From Eledone cirrhosa (taxonomy: Eukaryota), in NCBI GenBank assembly GCA_964016885.1, contig OZ024740.1:146010001-146074000 (forward strand): 64,000 nucleotides of DNA. Direction: 5' to 3'. The notes under the pieces were generated by a model. The model was not told the origin of the DNA and did not search any database. It saw only the letters and a list, made by a program, of their open reading frames with translations. Below are positions 1-12,844 of this stretch, in pieces. The translations under genes were made by a program, and so were the position numbers. The number at the start of each line of letters is the position of its first letter. Position 1 is the stretch's first letter.

Positions 1-3000
1 TAGCTGTGTAGGATATATATATAGTATGTGGTTTGTGTAGTATTACTGGGTTGTAGCTGTGTAGGATATATATAGTATGTGGTTTGTGTAGTATTACTGG
101 GTTGTAGCTGTGTAGGATATATATATAGTATGTGGTTTGTGTAGTATTACTGGGTTGTAGCTGTGTAGGATATATATAGTATGTGGTTTGTGTAGTATTA
201 CTGGGTTGTAGCTGTGTAGGATATGTGTAGTATGTGGTTTGTGTAGTATTACTGGGTTGTAGCTGTGTAGGATATATATAGTATGTGGTTTGTGTAGTAT
301 TACTGTGTTGTAGCTGTGTAGGATATATATAGTATGTGGTTTGTGTAGTATTACTGGGTTATAGCTGTGTAGGATATATATATAGTATGTGGTTTGTGTA
401 GTATTACTGGGTTATAGCTGTGTAGGATATATATAGTATGTGGTTTGTGTAGTATTACTAGGTTGTAGCTGTGTAGGATATATATATAGTATGTGGTTTG
501 TGTAGTATTACTGGGTAATAGCTGTGTAGGATATATATAGTATGTGGTTTGTGTAGTATTACTGGGTTATAGCTGTGTAGGATATATATAGTATGTGGTT
601 TGTGTAGTATTACTGGGTTGTAGCTGTGTAGGATATATATAGTATGTGGTTTGTGTAGTATTACTGGGTTATAGCTGTGTAGGATATATATAGTATGTGG
701 TTTGTGTAGTATTACTGGGTTGTAGCTGTGTAGGATATATATAGTATGTGGTTTGTGTAGTATTACTGGGTTGTAGCTGTGTAGGATATATATAGTATGT
801 GGTTTCTGTAGTATTACTGGCTTGTAGCTGTGTAGGATATATATAGTATGTGGTTTGTGTTGTATTACTGGGTTATAGCTGTGTAGGATATATATAGTAT
901 GTGGTTTGTGTAGTATTACTGGGTTGTAGCTGTGTAGGATATATATAGTATGTGGTTTGTGTAGTATTACTGGGTTGTAGCTGTGTAGGATATATATAGT
1001 ATGTGGTTTGTGTAGTATTACTAGGTTGTAGCTGTGTAGGATATATATATAGTATGTGGTTTGTGTAGTATTACTGGGTTGTAGCTGTGTAGGATATATA
1101 TAGTATGTGGTTTGTGTAGTATTACTGGGTTGTAGCTGTGTAGGATATATATATAGTATGTGGTTTGTGTAGTATTACTGGGTTGTAGCTGTGTAGGATA
1201 TATATAGTATGTGGTTTGTGTAGTATTACTGGGTTGTAGCTGTGTAGGATATATATATAGTATGTGGTTTGTGTAGTATTACTGGGTTGTAGCTGTGTAG
1301 GATATGTGTAGTATGTGGTTTGTGTAGTATTACTGGGTTGTAGCTGTGTAGGATATATATAGTATGTGGTTTGTGTAGTATTACTGTGTTGTAGCTGTGT
1401 AGGATATATATAGTATGTGGTTTGTGTAGTATTACTGGGTTATAGCTGTGTAGGATATATATATAGTATGTGGTTTGTGTAGTATTACTGGGTTATAGCT
1501 GTGTAGGATATATATAGTATGTGGTTTGTGTAGTATTACTAGGTTGTAGCTGTGTAGGATATATATATAGTATGTGGTTTGTGTAGTATTACTGGGTAAT
1601 AGCTGTGTAGGATATATATAGTATGTGGTTTGTGTAGTATTACTGGGTTATAGCTGTGTAGGATATATATAGTATGTGGTTTGTGTAGTATTACTGGGTT
1701 GTAGCTGTGTAGGATATATATAGTATGTGGTTTGTGTAGTATTACTGGGTTATAGCTGTGTAGGATATATATAGTATGTGGTTTGTGTAGTATTACTGGG
1801 TTGTAGCTGTGTAGGATATATATAGTATGTGGTTTGTGTAGTATTACTGGGTTGTAGCTGTGTAGGATATATATAGTATGTGGTTTCTGTAGTATTACTG
1901 GGTTGTAGCTGTGTAGGATATATATAGTATGTGGTTTGTGTAGTATTACTGGGTTGTAGCTGTGTAGGATATATATATAGTATGTGGTTTGTGTAGTATT
2001 ACTGGGTTGTAGCTGTGTAGGATATATATAGTATGTGGTTTGTGTAGTATTACTGGGTTGTAGCTGTGTAGGATATGTGTAGTATGTGGTTTGTGTAGTA
2101 TTACTGGGTTGTAGCTGTGTAGGATATATATAGTATGTGGTTTGTGTAGTATTACTGTGTTGTAGCTGTGTAGGATATATATAGTATGTGGTTTGTGTAG
2201 TATTACTGGGTTATAGCTGTGTAGGATATATATATAGTATGTGGTTTGTGTAGTATTACTGGGTTATAGCTGTGTAGGATATATATAGTATGTGGTTTGT
2301 GTAGTATTACTAGGTTGTAGCTGTGTAGGATATATATATAGTATGTGGTTTGTGTAGTATTACTGGGTAATAGCTGTGTAGGATATATATAGTATGTGGT
2401 TTGTGTAGTATTACTGGGTTATAGCTGTGTAGGATATATATAGTATGTGGTTTGTGTAGTATTACTGGGTTGTAGCTGTGTAGGATATATATAGTATGTG
2501 GTTTGTGTAGTATTACTGGGTTATAGCTGTGTAGGATATATATAGTATGTGGTTTGTGTAGTATTACTGGGTTGTAGCTGTGTAGGATATATATAGTATG
2601 TGGTTTGTGTAGTATTACTGGGTTGTAGCTGTGTAGGATATATATAGTATGTGGTTTCTGTAGTATTACTGGCTTGTAGCTGTGTAGGATATATATAGTA
2701 TGTGGTTTGTGTTGTATTACTGGGTTATAGCTGTGTAGGATATATATAGTATGTGGTTTGTGTAGTATTACTGGGTTGTAGCTGTGTAGGATATATATAG
2801 TATGTGGTTTGTGTAGTATTACTGGGTTGTAGCTGTGTAGGATATATATAGTATGTGGTTTGTGTAGTATTACTAGGTTGTAGCTGTGTAGGATATATAT
2901 ATAGTATGTGGTTTGTGTAGTATTACTGGGTTGTAGCTGTGTAGGATATATATAGTATGTGGTTTGTGTAGTATTACTGGGTTGTAGCTGTGTAGGATAT

Positions 3001-6000
3001 ATATATAGTATGTGGTTTGTGTAGTATTACTGGGTTGTAGCTGTGTAGGATATATATAGTATGTGGTTTGTGTAGTATTACTGGGTTGTAGCTGTGTAGG
3101 ATATATATATAGTATGTGGTTTGTGTAGTATTACTGGGTTGTAGCTGTGTAGGATATATGTAGTATGTGGTTTGTGTAGTATTACTGGGTTGTAGCTGTG
3201 TAGGATATATATAGTATGTGGTTTGTGTAGTATTACTGTGTTGTAGCTGTGTAGGATATATATAGTATGTGGTTTGTGTAGTATTACTGGGTTATAGCTG
3301 TGTAGGATATATATATAGTATGTGGTTTGTGTAGTATTACTGGGTTATAGCTGTGTAGGATATATATAGTATGTGGTTTGTGTAGTATTACTAGGTTGTA
3401 GCTGTGTAGGATATATATATAGTATGTGGTTTGTGTAGTATTACTGGGTAATAGCTGTGTAGGATATATATAGTATGTGGTTTGTGTAGTATTACTGGGT
3501 TATAGCTGTGTAGGATATATATAGTATGTGGTTTGTGTAGTATTACTGGGTTGTAGCTGTGTAGGATATATATAGTATGTGGTTTGTGTAGTATTACTGG
3601 GTTATAGCTGTGTAGGATATATATAGTATGTGGTTTGTGTAGTATTACTGGGTTGTAGCTGTGTAGGATATATATAGTATGTGGTTTGTGTAGTATTACT
3701 GGGTTGTAGCTGTGTAGGATATATATAGTATGTGGTTTCTGTAGTATTACTGGCTTGTAGCTGTGTAGGATATATATAGTATGTGGTTTGTGTTGTATTA
3801 CTGGGTTATAGCTGTGTAGGATATATATAGTATGTGGTTTGTGTAGTATTACTGGGTTGTAGCTGTGTAGGATATATATAGTATGTGGTTTGTGTAGTAT
3901 TACTGGATTGTAGCTGTGTAGGATATATATAGTATGTCGTTTGTGTAGTATTACTGGGTTGTAGCTGTGTAGGATATATATAGTATGTGGTTTGTGTAGT
4001 ATTACTGGGTTATAGCTGTGTAGGATATATATAGTATGTGGTTTGTGTAGTATTACTGGGTTGTAGCTGTGTAGGATATATATATAGTATGTGGTTTGTG
4101 TAGTATTACTGGGTTATAGCTGTGTAGGATATATATAGTATGTGGTTTGTGTAGTATTACTGGGTTGTAGCTGTGTAGGATATGTGTAGTATGTGGTTTG
4201 TGTAGTATTACTGGGTTATAGCTGTGTAGGATATATATAGTATGTGGTTTGTGTAGTATTACTGGGTTGTAGCTGTGTTGGATATATATAGTATGTGGTT
4301 TGTGTAGTATTACTGGGTTGTAGCTGTGTAGGATATATATAGTATGTGGTTTGTGTAGTATTAATGGGTTGTAGCTGTGTAGGATATATATAGTATGTGG
4401 TTTGTGTAGTATTACTGGGTTATAGCTGTGTAGGATATATATAGTATGTGGTTTGTGTAGTATTACTGGGTTGTAGCTGTGTAGGATATATATATAGTAT
4501 GTGGTTTGTGTAGTATTACTGGGTTATAGCTGTGTAGGATATATATAGTATGTGGTTTGTGTAGTATTACTGGGTTATAGCTGTGTACGATATATATAGT
4601 ATGTGGTTTGTGTAGTATTACTGGGTTGTAGCTGTGTAGGATATATATAGTATGTGGTTTGTGTAGTATTACTGGGTTGAAGCTGTGTAGGATATATATA
4701 TAGTATGTGGTTTGTGTAGTATTACTGGGTTATAGCTGTGTAGGATATATATAGTATGTGGTTTGTGTAGTATTACTGGGTTGAAGCTGTGTAGGATATA
4801 TGTATAGTATGTGGTTTGTGTAGTATTACTGGGTTATAGCTGTGTAGGATATATATAGTATGTGGTTTGTGTAGTATTACTGGGTTATAGCTGTGTAGGA
4901 TATATATAGTATGTGGTTTGTGTAGTATTACTGGGTTATAGCTGTGTAGGATATATATAGTATGTGGTTTGTGTAGTATTACTGGGTTGAAGCTGTGTAG
5001 GATATATATAGTATGTGGTTTGTGTAGTATTACTGGGTTGTAGCTGTGTAGGATATATATAGTATGTGGTTTGTGTAGTATTACTGGGTTGTAGCTGTGT
5101 AGGATATATATAGTATGTGGTTTGTGTAGTATTACTGGATTATAGCTGTGTAGGATATATATAGTATGTGGTTTGTGTAGTATTACTGGGTTGTAGCTGT
5201 GTAGGATATATATATATAGTATGTGGTTTGTGTAGTATTACTGGGTTATAGCTGTGTAGGATTTATATAGTATGTGGTTTGTGTAGTATTACTGGGTTGT
5301 AGTTGTGTAGGATATATATATAGTATGTGGTTTGTGTAGTATTACTGGGTTATAGCTGTGTAGGATATATATAGTATGTGGTTTGTGTAGTATTACTGGG
5401 TTGTAGCTGTGTAGGATATATATATAGTATGTGGTTTGTGTAGTATTACTGTGTTGTAGCTGTGTAGGATATATATATAGTATGTGGTTTGTGTAGTATT
5501 ACTGTGTTGTAGCTGTGTAGGATATATATAGTATGTGGTTTGTGTAGTATTACTAGGTTGTAGCTGTGTAGGATATATATAGTATGTGGTTTGTGTAGTA
5601 TTACTGGGTTATAACTGTGTAGGATATATATAGTATGTGGTTTGTGTAGTATTACTGGGTTGTAGCTGTGTAGGATATATATATAGTATGTGGTTTGTGT
5701 AGTATTACTGGGTTATAGCTGTGTCGGATATATATAGTATGTGGTTTGTGTAGTATTACTGGGTTATAGCTGTGTACGATATATATAGTATGTGGTTTGT
5801 GTAGTATTACTGGGTTGTAGCTGTGTAGGATATATATAGTATGTGGTTTGTGTAGTATTACTGGGTTGTAGCTGTGTAGGATATATATATAGTATGTGGT
5901 TTGTGTAGTATTACTGTGTTGTAGCTGTGTAGGATATATATAGTATGTGGTTTGTGTAGTATTACTGGGTTATAGCTGTGTAGGATATATATAGTATGTG

Positions 6001-7217
6001 GTTTGTGTAGTATTACTGGGTTGTAGCTGTGTAGGATATATATAGTATGTGGTTTGTGTAGTATTACTGGGTTGAAGCTGTGTAGGATATATATAGTATG
6101 TGGTTTGTGTAGTATTACTGGGTTATAGCTGTGTAGGATATATATAGTATGTGGTTTGTGTAGTATTACTGGGTTGAAGCTGTGTAGGATATATATAGTA
6201 TGTGGTTTGTGTAGTATTACTGGGTTATAGCTGTGTAGGATATATATAGTATGTGGTTTGTGTAGTATTACTGGGTTGAAGCTGTGTAGGATATATATAT
6301 AGTATGTGGTTTGTGTAGTATTACTGGGTTATAGCTGTGTAGGATATATGTATAGTATGTGGTTTGTGTAGTATTACTGGGTTATAGCTGTGTAGGATAT
6401 ATATAGTATGTGGTTTGTGTAGTATTACTGTGTTGTAGCTGTGTAGGATATATATAGTATGTGGTTTGTGTAGTATTACTGGGTTATAGCTGTGTAGGAT
6501 ATATATAGTATGTGGTTTGTGTAGTATTACTGGGTTGTAGCTGTGTAGGATATATGTATAGTATGTGGTTTGTGTAGTATTACTGGGTTATAGCTGTGTA
6601 GGATATATATAGTATGTGGTTTGTGTAGTATTACTGGGTTATAGCTGTGTAGGATATATATAGTATGTGGTTTGTGTAGTATTACTGGGTTATAGCTGTG
6701 TAGGATATATATAGTATGTGGTTTGTGTAGTATTACTAGGTTGTAGCTGTGTAGGATATATATAGTATGTGGTTTGTGTAGTATTACTGGGTTGAAGCTG
6801 TGTAGGATATATATAGTATGTGGTTTGTGTAGTATTACTGGGTTGTAGCTGTGTAGGATATATATAGTATGTGGTTTGTGTAGTATTACTGGATTATAGC
6901 TGTGTAGGATATATATTGTATGTGGTTTGTGTAGTATTACTGGGTTATAGCTGTGTAGGATATATATAGTATGTGGTTTGTGTAGAATTACTGGGTTGTA
7001 GCTGTGTAGGATATATATAGTATGTGGTTTCTGTAGTATTACTAGGTTGTAGCTGTGTAGGATATATATAGTATGTGGTTTGTGTAGTATTACTGGCTTG
7101 TAGCTGTGTAGGATATATATAGTATGTGGTTTGTGTAGTATTACTGGGTTGTAGCTGTGTAGGATATATATAGTATGTGGTTTGTGTAGTATTACTGGGT
7201 TGTAGCTGTGTAGGATA
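1..7217. repeat. 51-bp tandem satellite (~140 units, runs off the left edge)
   Basis: Unit TAGCTGTGTAGGATATATATAGTATGTGGTTTGTGTAGTATTACTGGGTTG; 53/55-bp variants arise from extra AT; strongly G/T-skewed on + strand. Confidence 0.99.
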
Positions 7218-7360
7218 TGAGTTGTTGATGTTATTGTGTAGGTATCAATTATCTTGGAGTTTGAGTTGTATTTTATTGGCAGTTGACTATGTAGAGTAGG
7301 TTTTGTACGAATTGTGTCATTTTATTGAATGCTTATTATATAGGGTATGTGTTGTGTACA

Positions 7361-7608
7361 GGCACTTGGCCTTGTGGTAAGGGTGTTGGACTTATGATCA
7401 TAATGTTGTGGGTTCGATACCTGGGTTGCGTGTTGTGTTCTTGAGCAAAACACTTCATTTCATGTTGCTCCAGTATACTCAGCTGAAAATGAGTACCAGC
7501 AATAGCTGGGGGTTTAACGCTGTAATGGACTGGTACTCTCAGTCGCTTCATGCCATGAAACCGGGATAGCACAGACCAAACGAGCCTTCTTTCTTAAGAC
7601 AGACTTTA
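7361..7608 (+). mobile_element. tRNA-derived SINE with CORE/Meta-like central domain
   Basis: A box TGGCCTTGTGG, B box GGTTCGATACC, central TTGAGCAAAACACTTCATTTC; flanked by direct repeat GTGTTGTGTACAGG (7349-7362, 7609-7622) consistent with a TSD. Confidence 0.85.
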
Positions 7609-7787
7609 GTGTTGTGTACAGGGTGTGTACTGTTTCAGTTGTGCTATTAAATTGAATTTGTATTGCATAGGATGTTGGTTGTACCTATCAGAGCTATTTT
7701 TGGACTGTATGTAGCATTGTGAACCCTGGTATGGCTTCTATGTTTTTGCTCATATTTTTTTTTATTATTATACTGCCAATCCACCCA

Positions 7788-7982
7788 GGGCGGTGGATTG
7801 GCAGTATCGGTAGAGGGCCAGACGCCATTCTTTGCAGCATAGAGTTATACCCCTTTATGGTCTGAGTTCAAATCCCGCCGAGATAAACTTTGCTTTCCAC
7901 CTTACAGGGCCGATAAAATAAAGCACCAGTAATACACTGGGATAATTGCTGGCCTTGTGCCTAAATAAGAAACAATTATTAT
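7788..7982 (+). mobile_element. SINE with Nin-like domain (family also at ~18526+, ~19818+, ~23361-, ~34811-, ~56815-, ~63082+)
   Basis: TGGCAGTATCGGTAGA head, GAGTTCAAATCC B box, AACTTTGCCTTTCATCCTTACGGGGTCGATAAAATAAAGTACC consensus domain, (ATT)n tail; repeated several times in window. Confidence 0.85.
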
Positions 7983-7984
7983 AC

Positions 7985-8495
7985 CCAGTGCTCCAGTTAT
8001 TATTGGTACTGTTTTGACTTTCAATTTCAAAATCATTTATTTTTGATAGTTTCTCCACCTTCTTTCATTAATCCTTTGGTTGAAAAGGACTGCAATGTCT
8101 ATTAGTGTGCAGGTAGTTTGTTCCTGTCTTTGATTATTATATCTAGAAAGTTTCCTCTGATTTCGTTATCAGTTTGGATAGATATGTCCCAGATGATTGT
8201 GACCGTGTCTTTGTCATTTACTGTGTTTGATAAATGTTTATACCACTTTTAGTTTGTCTTCACATCACAGTAGACATAGCTGCTGCCTTAACCATATCTC
8301 CCTATTTATATATACTTGGACATGACAAGGACTGGGCAGCCAAAGATAATGTGGTAAACTCTTATTGTACTGGTTGCATAGTTTGTGGCTATGTATTGAT
8401 CTTGTGCTGTTAGAATCAATTCTGTTTCTGCTTCTAGCTCAGAGATTTTGAACTATTGATGGCTTTCACTCTGCCTTACTTCCTGCCCATTGTGT
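7985..8495 (-). mobile_element. Decayed R4/Dong-like non-LTR fragment (restriction-like endonuclease region)
   Basis: Minus-strand peptides ETELILTAQDQYIATNY, HIIFGCPVL and TIIWDISIQTDNEI match the R4-clade zinc knuckle/RLE region. Confidence 0.65.
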
Positions 8496-8647
8496 CATCA
8501 TCATTTAACATCCATTTTTCCCTGCTAGTAATGGTTGGATGATCGCCACAAACCAAGTCAGTATTTAATTGGAGCTGCTGATTTCTCAGACAGGCTGTTG
8601 GCCACTGTGCATTTTATCATTGCAACAGTACTTGAGAGGTTGTTATT

Positions 8648-9455
8648 ATAATAATAATAATGAAATATTGTGTACAGTGCTCAGGTGCACTACAACTCAT
8701 CAAAAAGTGTATGTATAGTACATAGGGTAATGTACAAACGCCAGGAAAATGAACAGTACATGAGTCATGATATACACATGTGTGCATGTGTATGGAAGGG
8801 GTACATCAGGTGTAGTTTTGGCGAATTTCGGGAAGCATGAGGGTTTTAAAGGATGCAGTGTATCGGCAGCTAACAACTGATGCAGGCAGTTTGTTCCATG
8901 CTTCAGCATCTCTGAGCGTGAAAAGATGTTTACGAAAGTCATGGGAGCTGTGCTGTTTTCTGATTTTGTAGGCATGTCCATGTGTGTTAGACACATGGAG
9001 ATCAAAAAGGTGCTCAGGGTTGTTGTTGGCGAGATGGTTAATAACTTTGTGGGTGTTTACCAAGTCCATTGCCAGACGTCGGAGCTTCAATGAATCCATG
9101 CCCAGGGAAGCAAGGCGTTCAGAGTATGGTAGGTGTCTGATGGAGGGTATGCGCTTGGTTGCACGTCTCTGAACAGTTTCCAGGAGGTCAATGTTCTGAG
9201 CAAGATAGGGGTTCCAGACTGATGATGTGAATTCCAAGTGTGATCGTACCATAGCTGTATACAGCTTTAAATAGATGGCTGGAGAGCGACTAACAAAGGT
9301 CTTGCTGAGTGATGCCAAGACACCCTCGGCCTTCTTGACAATCTTAGAGACATGCTTTGTCCAACGCACATCGCTGCTGACAGTAATGCCCAGGTCACGT
9401 TCACAAGAGGACTTCTTGATATCAGTGTTGTGGAGGGAGTATGTGGACACTGCCC
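8648..9455 (-). mobile_element. 5'-truncated CR1-group LINE (RT C-terminus, 3'UTR, (TTA)n tail)
   Basis: ORF 8806-9450 ERDLG...LYTAMVRSHLEF...WNP...LETVQRRATK...YSERL...WNKLP; a second 3'-end copy lies at ~18040-18320 on +. Confidence 0.9.
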
Positions 9456-10149
9456 TCTAATCTGAGAAAGTCCCACAGTCTTGGTTATGCTAATTTTCTT
9501 TGGACAGATAATAAAAAAAAAATAAGATTTGCAAAATAAAGTATGTAAATTGAAGTCCACATTGCAGTGAGGTTTTTAAATTTAAATGGAAATTATTTAG
9601 ACTTTACATTTACAATCTAGGAGATAAGTGAACTCACAATTCACTTCTAATAGTTCTTCTTATTTGAAGCATAAAGGTATTGTCAGCATAATTAATATGC
9701 TTGTTAGGCTTGTCTTTTTCTCCTAATGTAATAAGAAACATATCAGTGCAATATAGAAGATTGGTTGACATCTTAATACAACATTTAATTTATGTTATTT
9801 ACAGAAAGGTTTATACAAAATTTGTCTCTTGATCAATATATATCCAAAAGATTCTTTCAAGAAATCTTACATTGTTAAAGCTATAAGATGTGAATATTTT
9901 TGGCACTGACTTCAAAATAATACACTTATACAAGAATTATAAATTAGTTTATTATTGTGAATGATGATTTTGTATCAAGATAAGTTTATATAGTATGGGA
10001 CATATAAAGACTATTAGAATATATATAAGTAAAAGGTGTGCTGAAATAAACCACATTGTAGTTTTTAACACTATTCCTAGTTAGTGGGTGAAATAAGATA
10101 ACGAGATAAGAATATTTATGGAAACAGCATTCTCTCCTATCTTGAATAG

Positions 10150-11973
10150 TTAATAGATATCTATGAGGAGTTTAGTATGTCTGATGTAGTTCTTGTTTTT
10201 GAATCATTAATTCTCAGCAACCTGCAATGATTTAGCAGAAAAGAACTAAAAAAGCAACAACACAGGTTTGGCAGTTCAAATGTTTACAGTACCTTTACTA
10301 GTGGACAGATTGTTGTAGAAATTTACTGTATGAGAGTAAAGACTTCAATTTTTAAATTGATGCAGTCACATTACTTTTCAAGAAAGTATTATTAGTAAAA
10401 ATGTTTAGTGAATTGAGATCTAATAGCATGATAAGATTTTGAGCAAGATTAAATTTATCAACTTTAATTACAAGTAGACAGGCCTTACTCACCATTAATT
10501 CAGTTGAAAGGTAGCAGTAAGAAATAGGGCAAATTGTGCTTCTACCTCGCACATAAAAAAGGAATCTAATGCTGTGTGCATTCTGGATTCTTCTATTACA
10601 AAGCAATTCATGTTAGCAGAATATTGTCTAAAAAATCTCTCTCTGCTTTGCTGCTTCTCTGCTGGTTAGAGTAATTTGCAATAAAGTGGCCCATGATTTG
10701 CTATATCTTGGTGATGTGGTTACAGAAGAATTGAGTTGTAAAAAGTCTTTTTGGTATTAATAGTGTCTTTGGGCACATTTTGAATACATTTCTGAGCTGA
10801 TTCCGGCATCTATTCAACACAAAATTTTACTATGAGACTCTATTAACTCTTCCAAATATTTCATATTGACAATTTGCATTCTCCCTTCATTGGCTTGTGC
10901 AAATTGTCAAATTCCCAAAAGCCATTGCATACTTCGGCCCATAGCTTCTAAACTCTTTTCATGCAGTTCTCGGGTACTTTATCCCAGGATTCTTTGGTAT
11001 TTTCTATGACTTTCATGATACAGTAGGTTTACCAAAGATCCCTAGTAGATTATCTTGGTGAGTTGTTTCTTCAACAAGTTGTTTGAAAGTCTGATGAAGA
11101 TGTTAGCTTTAACATTAGAAATTACATACTGCTCCATTGATTGGATTAAGGAAGTGGCATTTGGTGTTATGTAAATTACTTTGTTAGAAATGTAGGTCTG
11201 AAGGGTATTAATTTTCTAAGTGTGGCCCAGAGTATTATCAACCACCAATAATACCATTAGGCTATGTTCGTAAAAAAAAAAAAAGCGCTGAAAATTTTCA
11301 AGCAGATGCATTTATGATATTTCCCTCATCGATTGTGGGGTTTCTGAATGGAGGCTCCTAAAGCATTTTCACCAAGTAGTAATGTAAATAGTCTGTTAAA
11401 ACGTTTTTTTCTCGGAAGGTGAAAGTGTAAGATGGTATTTTTTCCAGAAAGATCTCTGAATACAAGTTCGGTAGTTGCTATACTCGATAATACTCTTAAG
11501 AAGCTTGAGTATCTGCACTTGAATCTTCACTAGAGATATTGTTGTATATGTTATGCCATTGTTTAAAACCAACCTTTACATGCTGTGAATATTTCTTAAT
11601 TATTTCCTTGTAAGTGACTGAAGATGCTCTTTTGTTTTGCTTTATAAGTTAGCTTAGTAATATGTTGTTGCCCATATTACTACAAATAACAACATGGTCA
11701 GCATGGCATAAGCTTTTATTTTGTCAGCATTTTTAAAATCATTGTTCTGGTCAAGTTTAAAGACTTACATGCTCTTAATGTTTGTCAACTTCCAATTTAC
11801 AGTTTTATACAATTATGATGCTTTTATCGGCACTTTGAATGAACTTTCAAGCAATTTTTTACTTATAATCGATGAACAATTATGTGAATAATTCAAGTAT
11901 ATGAGGGGAGTATGCATGAGTGTGAATCATAGTTTTTTTAATATTAGCATGCAATTATCATTATAATGTACTG
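10150..11973 (-). mobile_element. Heavily decayed pogo/Tigger transposase element
   Basis: Minus-strand LLVVDNTLGH...PNATSLIQSMEQYVISNVKA and ENTKESWDKVPENCMKRV*KLWAEVCNGF match the DDE_1 Tigger consensus; ends approximate. Confidence 0.75.
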
Positions 11974-12321
11974 CTATCCCTCTTAAGATATTGTCTCCAA
12001 GAAAAAAGATTGTTACAGCGAATCAGCAAATAAGCTGAGTATTTATTCTATTGTTAATCCAAGTAATATTAAAAGTAAAATAATTTTTCAAAGTTCACTT
12101 TGATAACTATTTGCTTATAATGTTGTACTTGTGTCAATGTTCATTCGAGATGTGTCATTAAGCAATCCATTTTCTCATAGGAACAGAATCAGTTTCTTTC
12201 TTTAATATTCATTCCCTGACTTTGCTGTTATATGAAGTCAAAGTTAGACCTGTAAATTTTAGCCTTTGCTTTACTTTATCTCTAATGGATAGGATATGTT
12301 ATTCCCTCTTTTAATGTTTAG

Positions 12322-12365
12322 AGGAGCTTTACCAGTTGCAAGAAAGCTTTGGAAATATACCTGAA
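12322..12365 (+). CDS. DENND2: Possible upstream exon of DENND2-like gene (ELYQLQESFGNIPE)
   Basis: tttag acceptor, gtaatt donor, open frame, phase-0 end compatible with 12610; no homology support. Confidence 0.35.
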
Positions 12366-12609
12366 GTAATTTAGCTAAAACTTTTTTTTGCATATTTTTA
12401 AGGTGCATCTCTAGAAACCATCATGTCTTCTTGCTAAGTTCAAGCTCTTTATATCTATAACTGATATGACATTTCTATTAGTTTATTTTAAAAAAATTAA
12501 ATTTATATTTATTTTATATATAATACTTAATTATATTTGAATTCCATATTTAAAATTACATTTTGCTTTATGCAATCTTTAGTAAATTGCTATCATTTTC
12601 TCATTATAG

Positions 12610-12750
12610 AGTTCCAAACAATTTGATTTAGCTGAAAAAATCCAGCATCTTAAGCGCCGTTTTGGAGACCCTGCTTCAAAATTTATAAACACTCCTCTCA
12701 GAAATTCCAGCGGTTCTGATCACAAGTTAAATCGTGGAAAAGTTAATTTG
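12610..12750 (+). CDS. DENND2: Probable exon of DENND2-like gene (SSKQFDLAEKIQHLKRRFGDPASKFINTPLRNSSGSDHKLNRGKVNL)
   Basis: Polypyrimidine tract plus tag acceptor, open frame with coding-like composition; phase-0 donor at 12751 (or 12742) fits exon 18759. Confidence 0.6.
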
Positions 12751-12844
12751 GTACAATGTTTTCATTTTCTTCTCTCTACATTGTTAATGTTGGCACTTCA
12801 CTAAATATTCCTTTTAGTCAAGTTTCATTTTGTATCTAAGAACT

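Noticed and set aside
1-7217. CRISPR array or repetitive protein (51 = 17 codons; minus frame QPSNTTQTTYYIYPTQL)
   Set aside because: No unique spacers; frequent 53-bp units shift frame and TTATAG variants create stops
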